From assembly GCA_025201805.1 (NCBI GenBank), contig MU619396.1, positions 1 to 64,000 on the forward strand: a stretch of DNA of 64,000 nucleotides, read 5' to 3'. Shown in pieces: positions 1-12,240 of the stretch. Within the stretch, counting starts at the first letter, position 1; every line of letters starts with the position of its first letter. This DNA comes from Parasitella parasitica NRRL 2501. Taxonomy: Eukaryota; Fungi; Mucoromycota. Below the pieces are notes generated by a model. That model was not told the DNA's origin and did not search any database. It was given only the letters and a program-made list of their open reading frames with translations. Both the position numbers and the translations under genes were made by a program.

Positions 1-189
1 AAAAAAATATGAAGCAGTTGTTCGACAAGGCTGAAACTATAACAAAAGATACTCTAATATAAGGCAAGTATATTGGTATAATTTCGAGTTGATTGCGTTA
101 CTGACTGTCGAGAAAATACGTTTTTTGTTGAAGTGAAAGTGTTTCTACCAGGATAGGGTGGCAAAAAGTGATGGAAAAACGAAAGAGAT

Positions 190-262
190 GCCCTGTTAGC
201 TCAATCGGTAGAGCGTGAGACTTTTAATCTCAAGGCTGCGGGTTCGACCCCCGCATAGGGCT
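190..262 (+). tRNA. tRNA-Lys (anticodon TTT), intronless
   Basis: Full cloverleaf: acceptor stem GCCCTGT/ATAGGGC, D-arm GCTC..GAGC, anticodon arm TGAGA-CTTTTAA-TCTCA, T-loop TTCGACC; T-run terminator follows. Confidence 0.97.
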
Positions 263-1316
263 TCTATTTTACACTTTTTTTTATCAAAAGTGAGACGTTT
301 TATTTGTCGTGGTTGTTTGATGTCTACTGTCGTGTGCAGATAAATATGTTTTAGAGTAGATTTATAGGAAGTATGTAAAATGTTATATATGAGATAAAAG
401 ATACCTTTATTATTTTAAGATACAATTGATATTTATATACTAATTAAAATGGTTACACACAAAGTCTGTGAGCAACTGACACTACTTCAATTACCATACA
501 GTTAAAGTCTAGTAAATCAAAACAACTAGAAAAAAAGAAAAACAGGGCAAAAAAATTTCATTAGTACATACATTCGGGAAGTGCCCAGTTTTAAGGTTAT
601 TAAATTGCTTCTACTCAATTCTTTCCTTGTCATCAAGTTGTGAATCTTGATTCAATCTTTTTGCACTTGTTCATTATTATATATTATTGTGGTGCATATT
701 TTCCCCGTAATACTTTTGATCATTGTAATGCCTTTCCACTCAATTGTTTGTATTTCTATCTATCGAAAAGTACGTAGTTAAAAATATACATTTTTACCAC
801 ATTGTAATGATATATGAACATTAAAAAAAGTATGTTAATACCCTAAATTCCCAATTTGAAGTCCTTAATTGAACATCTTCGGAAACGAAATTCATGAGTG
901 AAATATGGTATCATTCTGTTCAGTGACTGTAGGCGATGTGTTTTCATTTCATGTCAGTATCTTAATATATATAGTTCATATGACAATTTTAAGATGGTAA
1001 AGTAGTAACACCCTTTTGAGACATGGAACAATCTATCACCACAGCAAAATATCGTTTCAAAGGTAACATGCCCTACTTGAAATTCATCATCAAATTAAAA
1101 TATTACAATCTATAGCTGACTTGTATAAATCATTTACATTGCAATCTTGCGTGCAAGAAGCGATTACTATTAGTCGAAATATGAGAACAGCATGGACTAG
1201 TTAATCACAAAACTCTAACTTCCAGATTGAAATGTTTCGCTTTTAAAAGCCAGAGGAGAGAGGGAGAAAAAAAAAAGAGTTCTTTGCAATCGTTTTTTCA
1301 GCTAATTGTCTATAGC

Positions 1317-2182
1317 ATGTCTACCTTGGAAATTGCCAATAGAAAAAAAGAAAATAGACTTAGCAGAAGACTCACAGTCAACACACAAGAACCCTATGTC
1401 AGTATTCGCCCCATCATAAAGAGTAAAAAAGTTTTGTTTTTGTTTGACACCTGTCATAATATTTATTTTACTCATAAAAATAACAACTGTACATTGTAGA
1501 GGCCGATAAAGAAGCAGCATACACATTAAGCGAAGCTTATGCAAATAATAGCTTATTAAATTGGGTTACAGGCTCCATCAAAGACCAGAAAAAGAAGTTT
1601 GACATGTATCAAGACATCTTCAAGGTGCTTATTAGAGCTGCTGTTAGTGAGAGCAGAGAATTTGCAGTGCAATTGAATGGATGCAAAGGAGTTTTACTCT
1701 GGTCAGAAGGACACAGCGATATTTTATCAATCGGCAATGTTATGAGTAAAAGAAGACTCTGGGGGAGTTTGGGTGGATTAGCTACAATGCGAGCTACACT
1801 AGTACAGCATCGGCATCTCAGCAAAATGAAACAGAAGCTCATGGCAAAAAGGAACCACCTTTCAATCAATTTTATCGGCGTTTTACCAGCAGAAAGAAGA
1901 CAGCATGTGGGAACGCATCTATTGCAATACGTTCTCCAAAAAGCAGATGAAGCGCAATTGCCTGTATTTGCTGAGGTTTGGGGACAAGATTGCCTAAGTT
2001 GGTTCAAAAAATTTGATTTCTTTGTGCAAGCAGATAAAACTTTCAGTGATAAAGATAATGTTCAGATTTATTATGTGGTTCGTGAACCCAAAACTGATCC
2101 GGGAACACCCAAGATCACAACACCAGCAGACACCATGGCAGCTTTACATTTAGAGCCTCCTCGTGAAGATGCTCTTGTTTAA
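1317..2182 (+). CDS. GNAT-family N-acetyltransferase (2 exons, intron about 1425-1499)
   Basis: Acetyl-CoA motif A-like IGVLPAERRQHVGTHLL, then LPVFAEV and WFKKFDF; an upstream exon joins through GT..AG. Confidence 0.75.
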
Positions 2183-2199
2183 TTAGAATAGAATGCAAA

Positions 2200-5100
2200 C
2201 TAGTCTTTACTCAACAATAGAGTGGTATTTTGTTCGATATCATCTGTGCTGGAGTCAAACAATGTCTCCCATTGATCTCCAGGGACAATTGCACCAAATA
2301 GCAAAGTCATATTAGCTCCAAGCTACACAATATAAATATATGAATATAATTGCATGTAAATAAAAAATAGTGATTACCTTGTCCAAATCTCGAATAATGT
2401 CCTCCAATACAGTGACATACGCATAATAAAACAAGTATACATGGTCCTTTTCCAATAGTTGCTTGGATTGGACTACAGGCAATTCTCTTAATCTTGTAAT
2501 CAGTGATTCCCAGGCCTTTCTAGCTGGTGGTAAATAGGGTGGTAATGGAGTCTTGAGTCGCATAGCAGACGCCAAAATGTAAAAATAAAGCAGCACATTG
2601 CCCACCATTTCCTTTCTCTCTTGGCTCACAGGCAAAATAAAATCATGCTGAACTTGCTCAAACCAGGCATCTTTGAGGACAACAGTTCGCATGGAAGCAA
2701 ATTTGTCGGTTATATTCTGACAGGAGGCCAAGATATCACTGTAAGTAGCGACAGGGAAAGCACCTTTCAATCGAGGTTCATTAGGCGTTTGCTTCAATAA
2801 TTCTTGCAGTTCCAACAAGGTACGCTGGAGACTCAATTCGACATCCATAAAAACTTGAGAAGCATGCTGTCTTTGCGCATGGATATCTTCCATAACGGTA
2901 GTATTGAGACTGTCGTTAGGTAGAGACCGTTGTGAATAGACAGAGACAAGTCGTTTGTACAACCAAGCCAATCTAAGCAAGAAATCAGAAACACCCTTTC
3001 TTAATTCCACTCTGGCCTCATAAGGCCAGACATAGGCAGTGGCGAGCAAGCCAAAAATGACACCCACAAAAATGGATATACATCGCTGCAACGCTAAATG
3101 GGTCACCTCAATGCGATGTGTTTCTCTATCGTTGTACTTGTTCAACATGACTAGATTGTAGGCGAGTAATGTAAATTGACCAAATTTGCCGTGTTTATGA
3201 TGCAGAATCATCCAAAAATTAGGGATCGAGAACAGCCAGGTGAATAGAATCAAAACATACATATTGTCAGGGAAGATCAAATAAAAACACATGGCTACAA
3301 AACATCCTAATGCAGTAGAGTAAATACGATAGATGGCGACCAAGTTGGTCCCCCCGACGGTGGGTGCCATGACCACCATCAACTATGTAGTAGCACATAT
3401 TAATACATCAAGATAAACAAGATAAACAAGATAAACAAGATAAACAAGATAAACAAGATAAACAAATAAACAAACAAAACTTACAGTAATCAGAGCCCAC
3501 TCCATACGCCATTCACGATACCAAGCGCTTGTCGATTCCAGAAAAGCAGGTGTAGCAAGTATAATTGCTGCAACAGTTGCCTTGATAGCATATCTCATTT
3601 TTTGGAGTTTGAACAGAGAAAACATTCTCCATACCCGAAGAATCATACGTCTCCACTGTGTCTTTGGTATTGGCGTGTGTAGTGTATCCATTTTATGTCT
3701 TTCATTAGGGACAAAGGCAGGCTTCTTGGTTTCCCTGAAATTCATTTTTCTACTAGTGAAGAACTGATAGATCAGTGTACACAATGTTCTCTTTTGTTGC
3801 TTAGCAATAGCCAGAGCTTGAACTGATTCTACAAGGGGTATCAGTTCTCTAGCAAACTCGATCAAGTTGAACACAAAAAAATAGACCAGAAATACGTCTT
3901 CTGATGGGGCATAGCTATTGATGCAAGATGACCCACTTGGGCTGTTTTGCTGATGATGATATCTCAATCGATGGCGATTTAATCGTTTTACGGCTTGACG
4001 TTGGGACACTTCAAAGAGGGCAATGGCTTTGACAAGATTATTCCGAAGTGTTTCATGGCTGGGCCCAGCTTTGGGTTTTTTCGAAAAATCATTCTGTAAA
4101 TGTAGAATAGTTTGTTTACATGTATAGGCAAGTGATTTCAAGGGTTGACGAATTGTATGAATAAATTCAATCAGAGTGCCATCCTCATCTTGTTCGCTGT
4201 GGTTATGATGGTTGGGTAGCTTGAAAAACTCGTCTTCGTTTTCGCTCTTGGTGCTCTGTCGTCGTTGTTGGTGCTTCTGGCGTTTGATCTCACCTTCTAG
4301 TTTACGACGATGATGGTCCGCTTTGATATTCCAAGTCTCTTTGGGGTTCTTTTTTGTTTTACCAACCGTAGTGCGAGAAGAAGTAGGCTTTTTGGAGTTC
4401 CTTGTACCATCTTGCTGCATCAATTCAAATTGCAATCCGCAGCTGCTTCTAAGTCCACCCATAGATTGAGCTAATCGCTGCATGCTTTTTACAACGTTAT
4501 CATACTCTTTTGTGCAGCCTCTTATCTCATCATTCCAAATGACTTCGAGTTTTGCTTCAGCCAGAGACTTTTGCAAGGATGTGAAACTCGCCCGATGTGA
4601 CTCAATGGCGGTTTTGAGGGAGTTGTTTGCTTTGAATTCAGGGAGATCGTCATCCAGCAAAAACGTTTTGGTCAACAGTTTCAAAAGGACCCTGTACGAC
4701 ATCAGAGTAGCTTCCAAATCCTGTCTGTAAAACATCAAAAATTAATATGCATACGGACATGTGTTGTCATATATACTCACTTTAGCTTTTTACTTGCTGA
4801 TACAGGCCAGAACAAAATGCAACATGAAACCGTAACCAAAGTACCTGTAGCCACCGCAGACGTGATCTGCTCAATCCGAGTTGTATCGAAGTCTCCTCTG
4901 TTTGCAGATCCCTCCCGTACAACAATAATGAATATAATGATGAAACATAAACTCGAGGCTAAAATACCAGAGAGGTATAAATATTAAATTTGCAAATATT
5001 TACAGATCCTTACCTGTAGCAACGGGCGGTTTATTCCAATGTGCCTTGAAAAACGCAACAATAAATGTTGAGCCGGCTAGCCAGAAACCCAAAGAAATAA

Positions 5101-5979
5101 TATGCGCAATATTGAACATGTTGCGATCCACAAAAAAATCAGTTGTCAGCATGGATCCCAAGCACACTACCAACGCAAATAGCGTATATCCCCATCCATA
5201 AAGCGAAGCTTCTACCATGCCGCCCAATGATTTAGCAGGATTAAAGAATACTGTTGCTGTGGCGACAAGATGGCTTGAGACATGATTGTAACCGATAAGT
5301 GCATTCATTGCAGGCACAAACGTGAACAATGAACCCAACAGGTAGGCAAAACTACATTTTAGGACAACTCGTTGCTTTGAAGTTAATTCAAAATTGGATA
5401 GCCAGCCTTTCTTTTGCTTCTTGTTGACGGAAGTGTACTGCTGTGCCAATTGCTTGTACCGCTTTTGCTTTCTTGTAGAGTTGTCAGAGGAATCGTCATC
5501 GTCACTGTCTTCATTAGATGTCGTGGATGAATCGACATCATACTGCATCTCTTGCTGAATGCTTGCATAGGATTTCTTGGGATTCTTTTGTTGTAATAAG
5601 GGTGTTTTATCATCCAGCGTTTCTTGGCTAATATTGGGTTAGCTTGCATGCCTAATGTTTGTCATACTTGATCGTACCTTTCCTTTCGGAGCTGATTATA
5701 ATGATTCGACTCTTGCTGAGCATGCGGGTCTTCTTGCTCCTCTTCTTCTTGCTCATCAAGATCATCCGGCAAGGTAGATAGTGACACAGTTCTTTTTTGT
5801 AAAGTACCATCATCTAATACTACATCAAATGCGCTGTAAGCAGAAGGTGATGCTGTAGGTATTGATCCTATAAATGCATCAAATGGAGGCGAGATATTAT
5901 CATGCATTGTTATAGGACAGGGTATGGGAGCCGCATTCCGTGGCAGCCTCTTTAGATCCTCTGATGATGGATCAGACAT
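2200..5979 (-). CDS. Aromatic acid exporter / fusaric-acid-resistance-like (ArAE/ALMT, YGL140C-like) membrane protein, multi-exon
   Basis: Motifs KCSFAYLLGSLFTF, FFNPAKSLGGMVEA, YAIKATVAA, EWALIT, PTVGGT, WPYEARVELR, EPRLKGAFP; last exon ends LLLSKD* at 2200. Confidence 0.85.
3409..3480. repeat. Intronic 9-bp minisatellite (CAAGATAAA)x6 with a degenerate tail
   Basis: Directly visible; lies inside an intron of the ArAE gene. Confidence 0.9.
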
Positions 5980-6187
5980 TCTTTTTCAAGAGAAGGAGAA
6001 AGAGGAAGAAGAGAGGGAAAAAAAAGAGGGGGTGGGGGGTTGAAGTATTTCATCATGATTTAGAGTTTCATAATGCTAGATTAAAAAGTATGAGTGGCTT
6101 GTTGGTCATACATAAATAAACGACCTTCAAATGAATTACCCAAATTGTCTTTCTTTCATCCACTTACCACACATTGGGAATATACAA

Positions 6188-6898
6188 ATGGCTAAAGAAC
6201 GCATGCAATCTGCCAAAGTGGTTCTCATCCTCTGCTCATGTTTTTTTGCTTATGGCGTAGGTATACCATCATTGAGACGCGCTGTCAAACTCGACTAACT
6301 GGAATACAACAGACTTATTGGTCTGATTGGTCCTTTGATTACTATTTCTTATGGGCAAATCTAGCTGATCATCCAAGCGCAATTGCCAGAGCCACAGTAA
6401 GTCTCCGGTGCGTTTTTCTATCATGATAGTAATAGTCATCTTCATACAACATAGCAATACTATGCCAATCAACTGGACGCTCCCGATATTATCAAATACA
6501 TCCCTTTTGCTAATTTAATCATTGCCGCTGTAGGCCTCTCTGCTGGTTTAGCCAACATGACTGACGGCAACATTTTGTTTGATGGAGCCTCTTTAGTCTT
6601 GATGCTTTTTGCTCTTTCGACTTACGCCACATCAGTCAAGCCAGGTAAGCACAATATGTTTAATATTGCATTGTAATCTTAATTGTTTTACATAGCCATC
6701 AAGAACATTTCGGAAACTGATGTCGTAAATGAGTTATCTAAAAATTTGAAGAATATCGCAGCAGCACATTTTATCATTACACTAGCCATCACTGGTATTG
6801 TTGGATTGCAGATTACCCATTACGTTTTAAACAAAAGAGCCGATAATGCTGAACGAGCAGAAGTTACTGCTGCGGCTGCCGCCAGGAAATCTGAATAA
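6188..6898 (+). CDS. SHR3: ER membrane chaperone for amino-acid permeases (Shr3 family), 4 exons
   Basis: Spliced translation MAKERMQSAKVVLILCSCFF..WSDWSFDYYFLW..GNILFDGASLVLM..IAAAHFIITLAITGIVGLQ matches Shr3 motifs. Confidence 0.8.
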
Positions 6899-6924
6899 TT
6901 GTGTATATGTTGTACCATAATAAA

Positions 6925-8212
6925 TCATTCTTTATTAATTTCGCTAGCTATAGCCAAAAGTGCTTTTCCTGCAGTTTCAAAATCATCAAGATCTAGGTAG
7001 ATCTGTCCGCAAAGCCTAACCCACCAAGCACCATTATTCTTGCAAACAGATCCCATCGTGGCATGTTCGTAAATCAACTTATGTAAAAAGATATTGACAA
7101 TATCAGTGTCTGATTTGGTGGTTGTTGCTTTAATCGGTATTTCAACATTGACCATGTTAGCTGTGAGTGTTTTAGTCGAGTTCTCCAAAACTCTGGTGCC
7201 TAGAATATCAGCAACGAGTGCGCCGCCTTTGACAGCAAGACCATGGCAATAATCATTAATGGCCTGTTCGCCACCCAAGGATTCACGGTATTTTAATGCA
7301 GCTTCAACACAGAGATAGGGCGAGGTATCAAGAGTAGGAGGGATATGCTCTGTGGAAAAAGACGAGTAATCCGTACCTTTCGTATGATGCTCGTAGTTCA
7401 AGGTGATGGTTGTAGGATGAACATAGCCTTGGTTACGCTTGGGGACATAAAGTATTGAACAGCCACGAGGCGTATAGAGCCATTTGTGGCAATTGGAAAA
7501 GAAAAAGTCTGCATCCAGCGCCTCCATATCTAATGCTATGTGACCCATAGCATGAGCGCCATCAATTAAAGCCAAAATGTTGTTCTTTTGAACTAATTTA
7601 GTGAGCCTTTCAAAAGGTAAACGGACGCCAGGTAAAGAGGATAACGCATCAATTACAGCCATAACAATTTCGGGTTCATTCGGCTTTGAATGTTCTTGTT
7701 CAATAACGTGTTTGGTTAGCTCTACAATTTCAGCATCTTCCAAAGGAAAATTTAAATCAATTTTCACCAATTGTACACTGTATTGGTCTCGCAAAAACTC
7801 CAAAGTCTTATTGACGTTGATGTAGCCTGTTTGATACTACCAATTGCGTGAGCAACAAAAGCTTAATTACCGTATACAAGATGATACTCACATATAGAAT
7901 CTTGTCTCCAGATTTGAAAGGAAAGCTCCGAAGCACATTGTTTGCTCCTTGCGATGCATTTGGAAGAAATGCGAGGTCTGTATAATCGCAGTTAATGAAT
8001 TGACCTATCAATTTCAAATTATTTTCAAGCAAAGGGTGCTGTTCAAAACGGTTCCATCGGTCAGGATGTTCTTCAGCCTTATCTTGGTATCCTCGAAGAA
8101 TGGGCTTGATGATATTAGGATATGTGCCGTAGGAACCATGGTTTAAAGGCGTATATCCTGCCTGAAATGAGAATTCAGAACGAAAAGATTTACCAAATTT
8201 GGGAATGGTCAT
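6925..8212 (-). CDS. PLP-dependent class V aminotransferase / C-S lyase (Egt2/LolT-like), 2 exons
   Basis: LNHGSYGTYP, DGAHAMG, SNCHKWLYTPRG (PLP lysine), WVRLCGQIY. Confidence 0.85.
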
Positions 8213-8658
8213 ATTACAATATATATATGAATGGTATGTAAGTAAGAAAATAGCCCTATGTTATATAGTATTTATAAAGATAGATATTTTCAACGTTAGT
8301 ATGATATGCAACACAAGACCTCAACGGCATAATCGAGTTCGTGGGGAATAAGTCACCTCCATTCATCAATGTTGGCACTTTTCTTGATCTTATGATAATG
8401 ATTCAGGTACATCTACTAGTGATATATATTGGTGAGGCTGCATTTACATGAAAATCACTTGTTGGTGTTACTTGAAGACCATTGCTTTGCATGGTTCAGA
8501 TCAGTATAGATACGATAGTTACGAATTGATACAAACTGCGTTTTCAGGTCTTAAAACTATCAGATATACGATGATTTGTTTAATGTGCTATGCTTGGATA
8601 ACCAATTTAACAGACTCAGTTAAAGTAGTTTTCGCAGAATTGCCGTTCATTTCTCTCT

Positions 8659-8689
<31 letters not shown>

Positions 8690-9499
8690 CAAATAAAAAG
8701 TTACTTTTGAGGCCGATGGAAAGAATCAATGTGTTCTCATTACAGAAACGTTTGTATGTTTTCCCTAAAATTAACAATGTGCTGGATCAACTTTTTTGTT
8801 GCAATGGGAAGATTCCATTATCCAATATGTTAAAGCCAGATGTAACACCAATATAGACTAATATCAAGTGCAGCAGTAACTTTGGAATTTTCGATGAAAG
8901 AATGAGAATTACAACACCATTTCCATGGTACTGTTTAGTTTGGTACGTTTTATTGTTGAGATTGATCCAAGCACATTATAGGCTGATGTGGCATATCAAA
9001 TTGTAGGTTCATGCCCTGACAGTTGATGAAATCTGCCTTGTCTTGATATTGCTATGTAGTACGAGATTTTACGCTATTCCGCGACAACAGTGGGATATAT
9101 TATACTTGTGCGTATATGACACACAATCTTACAATATATTCTTAGTAGACCAGGATACGTAGTCCTTGTTTTAGGAATTAATAATGTCTAAAGAAGTGGG
9201 GAGATGTAACAGCAGTGTGTATAATATATACAATATTAGTAGTATTCTTTTTATACAAAATTAGTTGTTTTAGCAACACTGATTCATCAGAAGAGATCGT
9301 TTTTTACATTCCAATGGAGGGTTATTATATTTTCCACGAGCTGGGGAAGTGATACGAGGACAAAAAGTTTAAATGATGAGATCCAGGAAATAGGGTAGAT
9401 TGTACCTATACCAAATGTTATATTTTACATTATATTGATAGTAGATTATTATTTTATGATCTGACGTTTTTTAATCGTGATACGACTTTAGAATTGCTA

Positions 9500-12240
9500 T
9501 ATCACCTCCTCTGGCCATTTTTTATCCCAAAACTCATATATTAAGATTTTCAATTTTTAAATTTGAGATAACAACCTTCTAGATCATTTTTAGGTACATA
9601 TATGAAATCCAATGAATACTAGTACGATAACTAGTTTTCCAGATTCCAATACCTAACATTCTTGTTGTCGAAATATTGCCAAAACCAGATTTTGCAGATT
9701 TTACAGCATATGTTCTTATAACAAGTATATTATTTTGCAATTAAATCATGTTCAAGTTTCTAAGTAAAGTATTTAAGCATGGTTTGACACACCTACTGGT
9801 ATTAAATATGTTGTATTCAAGCTCGAATTCGACAAGATTCAGCCAATTTTGTCTTTTTACGGTAAATTTGGTCAGCCTATTTCTCAACAAACCACTAAGA
9901 CACTTTGGCTTGAGTTATTATTAAAATCTTTTTGAAACTTAATTCTCTACTAGATGTATAAGTTTTTAGATAGAAATGTAAAAAAAAAAATATTTTTTCA
10001 TGTTTTTAGCAGAGGCCTGATTTATTTTTATAACTTTCAAAGCAGAAAAAAGTATTCGAAGATGCATTATATAGCAATATAAACATAGAACTACAAAATA
10101 GCTACGGAATGGTTTTTGTTTGGTTAAAAAATGTCAATTTTTGAGCGAGATAATGGCGAAAAACAGTATGGTTTTTTACCCTTTTGAATGGCTCCATTTT
10201 GGCCCTATAAGTCTAGGGACGAAAAAATGTTGATTGGTTTTGGTCGAGTCAAAATTTTAATTTTTGGAAGAAATAATAAAGCTAAAGTCATAAACAAGAT
10301 ATTGACGGGTAGGTATTGACAAGATGGTTTGTTTGTTTAACTTTATAAAGCTGAATGTGCTCAAAAAATGCTTGATTTTACTCAAAAACTATCAAAAAGG
10401 GCGTTTTTTGAATTTTTGAAAATTGGTAGTAAAAAAATGTGTTTGCATGGTCTTGTAATTTATATGGTTAAACGCAGAATTTATTTATTGTCATAAAACG
10501 TTTAAAACACATATCCAACATACCTATTACTTTCTCGAGATATCTAGCAATGAACTCTGCAAAAAAAGCTGCGAATCTGGTTTGGGCCAAATGGAAACAC
10601 ACTGCTGAGATTAAATCTACAGCCTAGATGATTTTGTCGCTGTAAATGAGTGCACTGCCTATTTTCAGTTGAGGAGCGAAGCATGGCTCTAATATATAAC
10701 TTGACTATGTCTCAATATGAATCGATAGCTGAAATAATGCATAATATAGGCTCAAAACCATTTTTATATATCTTTATTTTGGGATGAAATAAATACCAAC
10801 AAATCTGAAATATATCCCATTTCCCCGCTTAAAACCATAATTGGCAATCTCTAATATCTTTGCAAACTATTAAGCGATAGCGGTTCAACCTCTAGCTATG
10901 ATCTTTTTCTTTTGAAATATCTTACAACATGTCCGAGTCTCATGTACCTCTGACCACTTTTCAGAGTTTGCCATGTTTAGACATCAAATTCGACTTTCAG
11001 TTTTCAACTTTGGGTCGGTCTTCAGGGTAATTTTTAGGTACGAATTTGGGGTCCTAACTAAGTAGTATGATAACTGTACCTCACTACGTTTTCAGATCCT
11101 CGATATCTATCATTGCTATCGAGAAACTGCCAAAACAAGGTTTTTTTTGATGATTTATAGCATATAGGCCTATAGCAAGTTTTAAACAAGATAAAGATTG
11201 ATCAAGGCATAGCTCTAGTATGAATAGAGGTTATATCTTTTGTGTCAAGAAAAGTCTCCAGTTTCGTATCTGGTTTTGTTCAGAAAGTCTTTATCATGGT
11301 AAAGTAACACATTTATATACAAAATTTTAGTGGCGCCCTTTATATTGGTAAAAAAGAGATTGTTGTATCCATATAAAGGCTACATATGTCACATCTAACA
11401 TAGTTACGATGTACGGATCGTAATATTCATTATCGATAGTTCTTTTAAAAATAAGGAATAAGCTACGAGTTGTAATTGAACCAGTTGCAAGGTTCTAGGC
11501 TTATTCAAACGTTACATCAAGATCAGATTGTGGGATGTCTGGAATATATCTGGAATATATCCTACCCAATCTTCTCTTTAATAAATAGAAGAATAGGTCT
11601 GTCCTGGAAATGCTGTGATTTAATAATGGTTGACACTTCTTGTCAAACATCAGATGTTATGTAGATAAACATTGATTAGGATTTATTTTAGTATAAATAG
11701 AGATCATATCTTATGTCAATAAAAGTCTTCAATTTTGTGTCTTGTTTCATTCAGAAAAAGTCTTTATTACTTCTTTCATATAAGATTTACACAACGTTTC
11801 GCTGTGCCCTTTTACACTGGCACAACAATCAGGGTCATCAATCACATAATCACCGTATTGATTCTGAAAAATACTACAAGGAATAATTTCTTATGGTCCG
11901 TATAGGATTGTATGTCTTCTCTCTTTTCTTTTACCTTTGTTTATTTCCAATACATATCTAATTGACAAAATAAACACCAACCACTTTTCAAGTGATCAAG
12001 ATCAAGCAATAGACTTAATAGGCCATAATATCCTATTTTTATCTTTTACCGTTCAAGATTATCATCAGCCTTGGTCTGCACTATCTAATATATTTATATT
12101 TAACATTTGCTTTAAAAATTGGTGAAAGTCGGAACGTCCACTTTTTTTTTTCATTCGTTTGATAGTTTTTGAAATTAATAGGAGCAATTAAACCTTAGTA
12201 GACAAGTCAAGTTGCATTTCTGAGATATAAGCCTTTGAAA
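9500..12240. repeat. AT-rich non-coding block with diverged direct and inverted repeats; probable degenerate non-autonomous transposon
   Basis: About 9507-9730 aligns with about 10946-11184, and about 11216-11350 with about 11689-11821; short inverted matches; no coding potential and no clear TIRs. Confidence 0.45.

Noticed and set aside
3383-3484. VYL-repeat peptide at the end of ORF 3383-4738
   Set aside because: Read-through into an intron that contains the minisatellite
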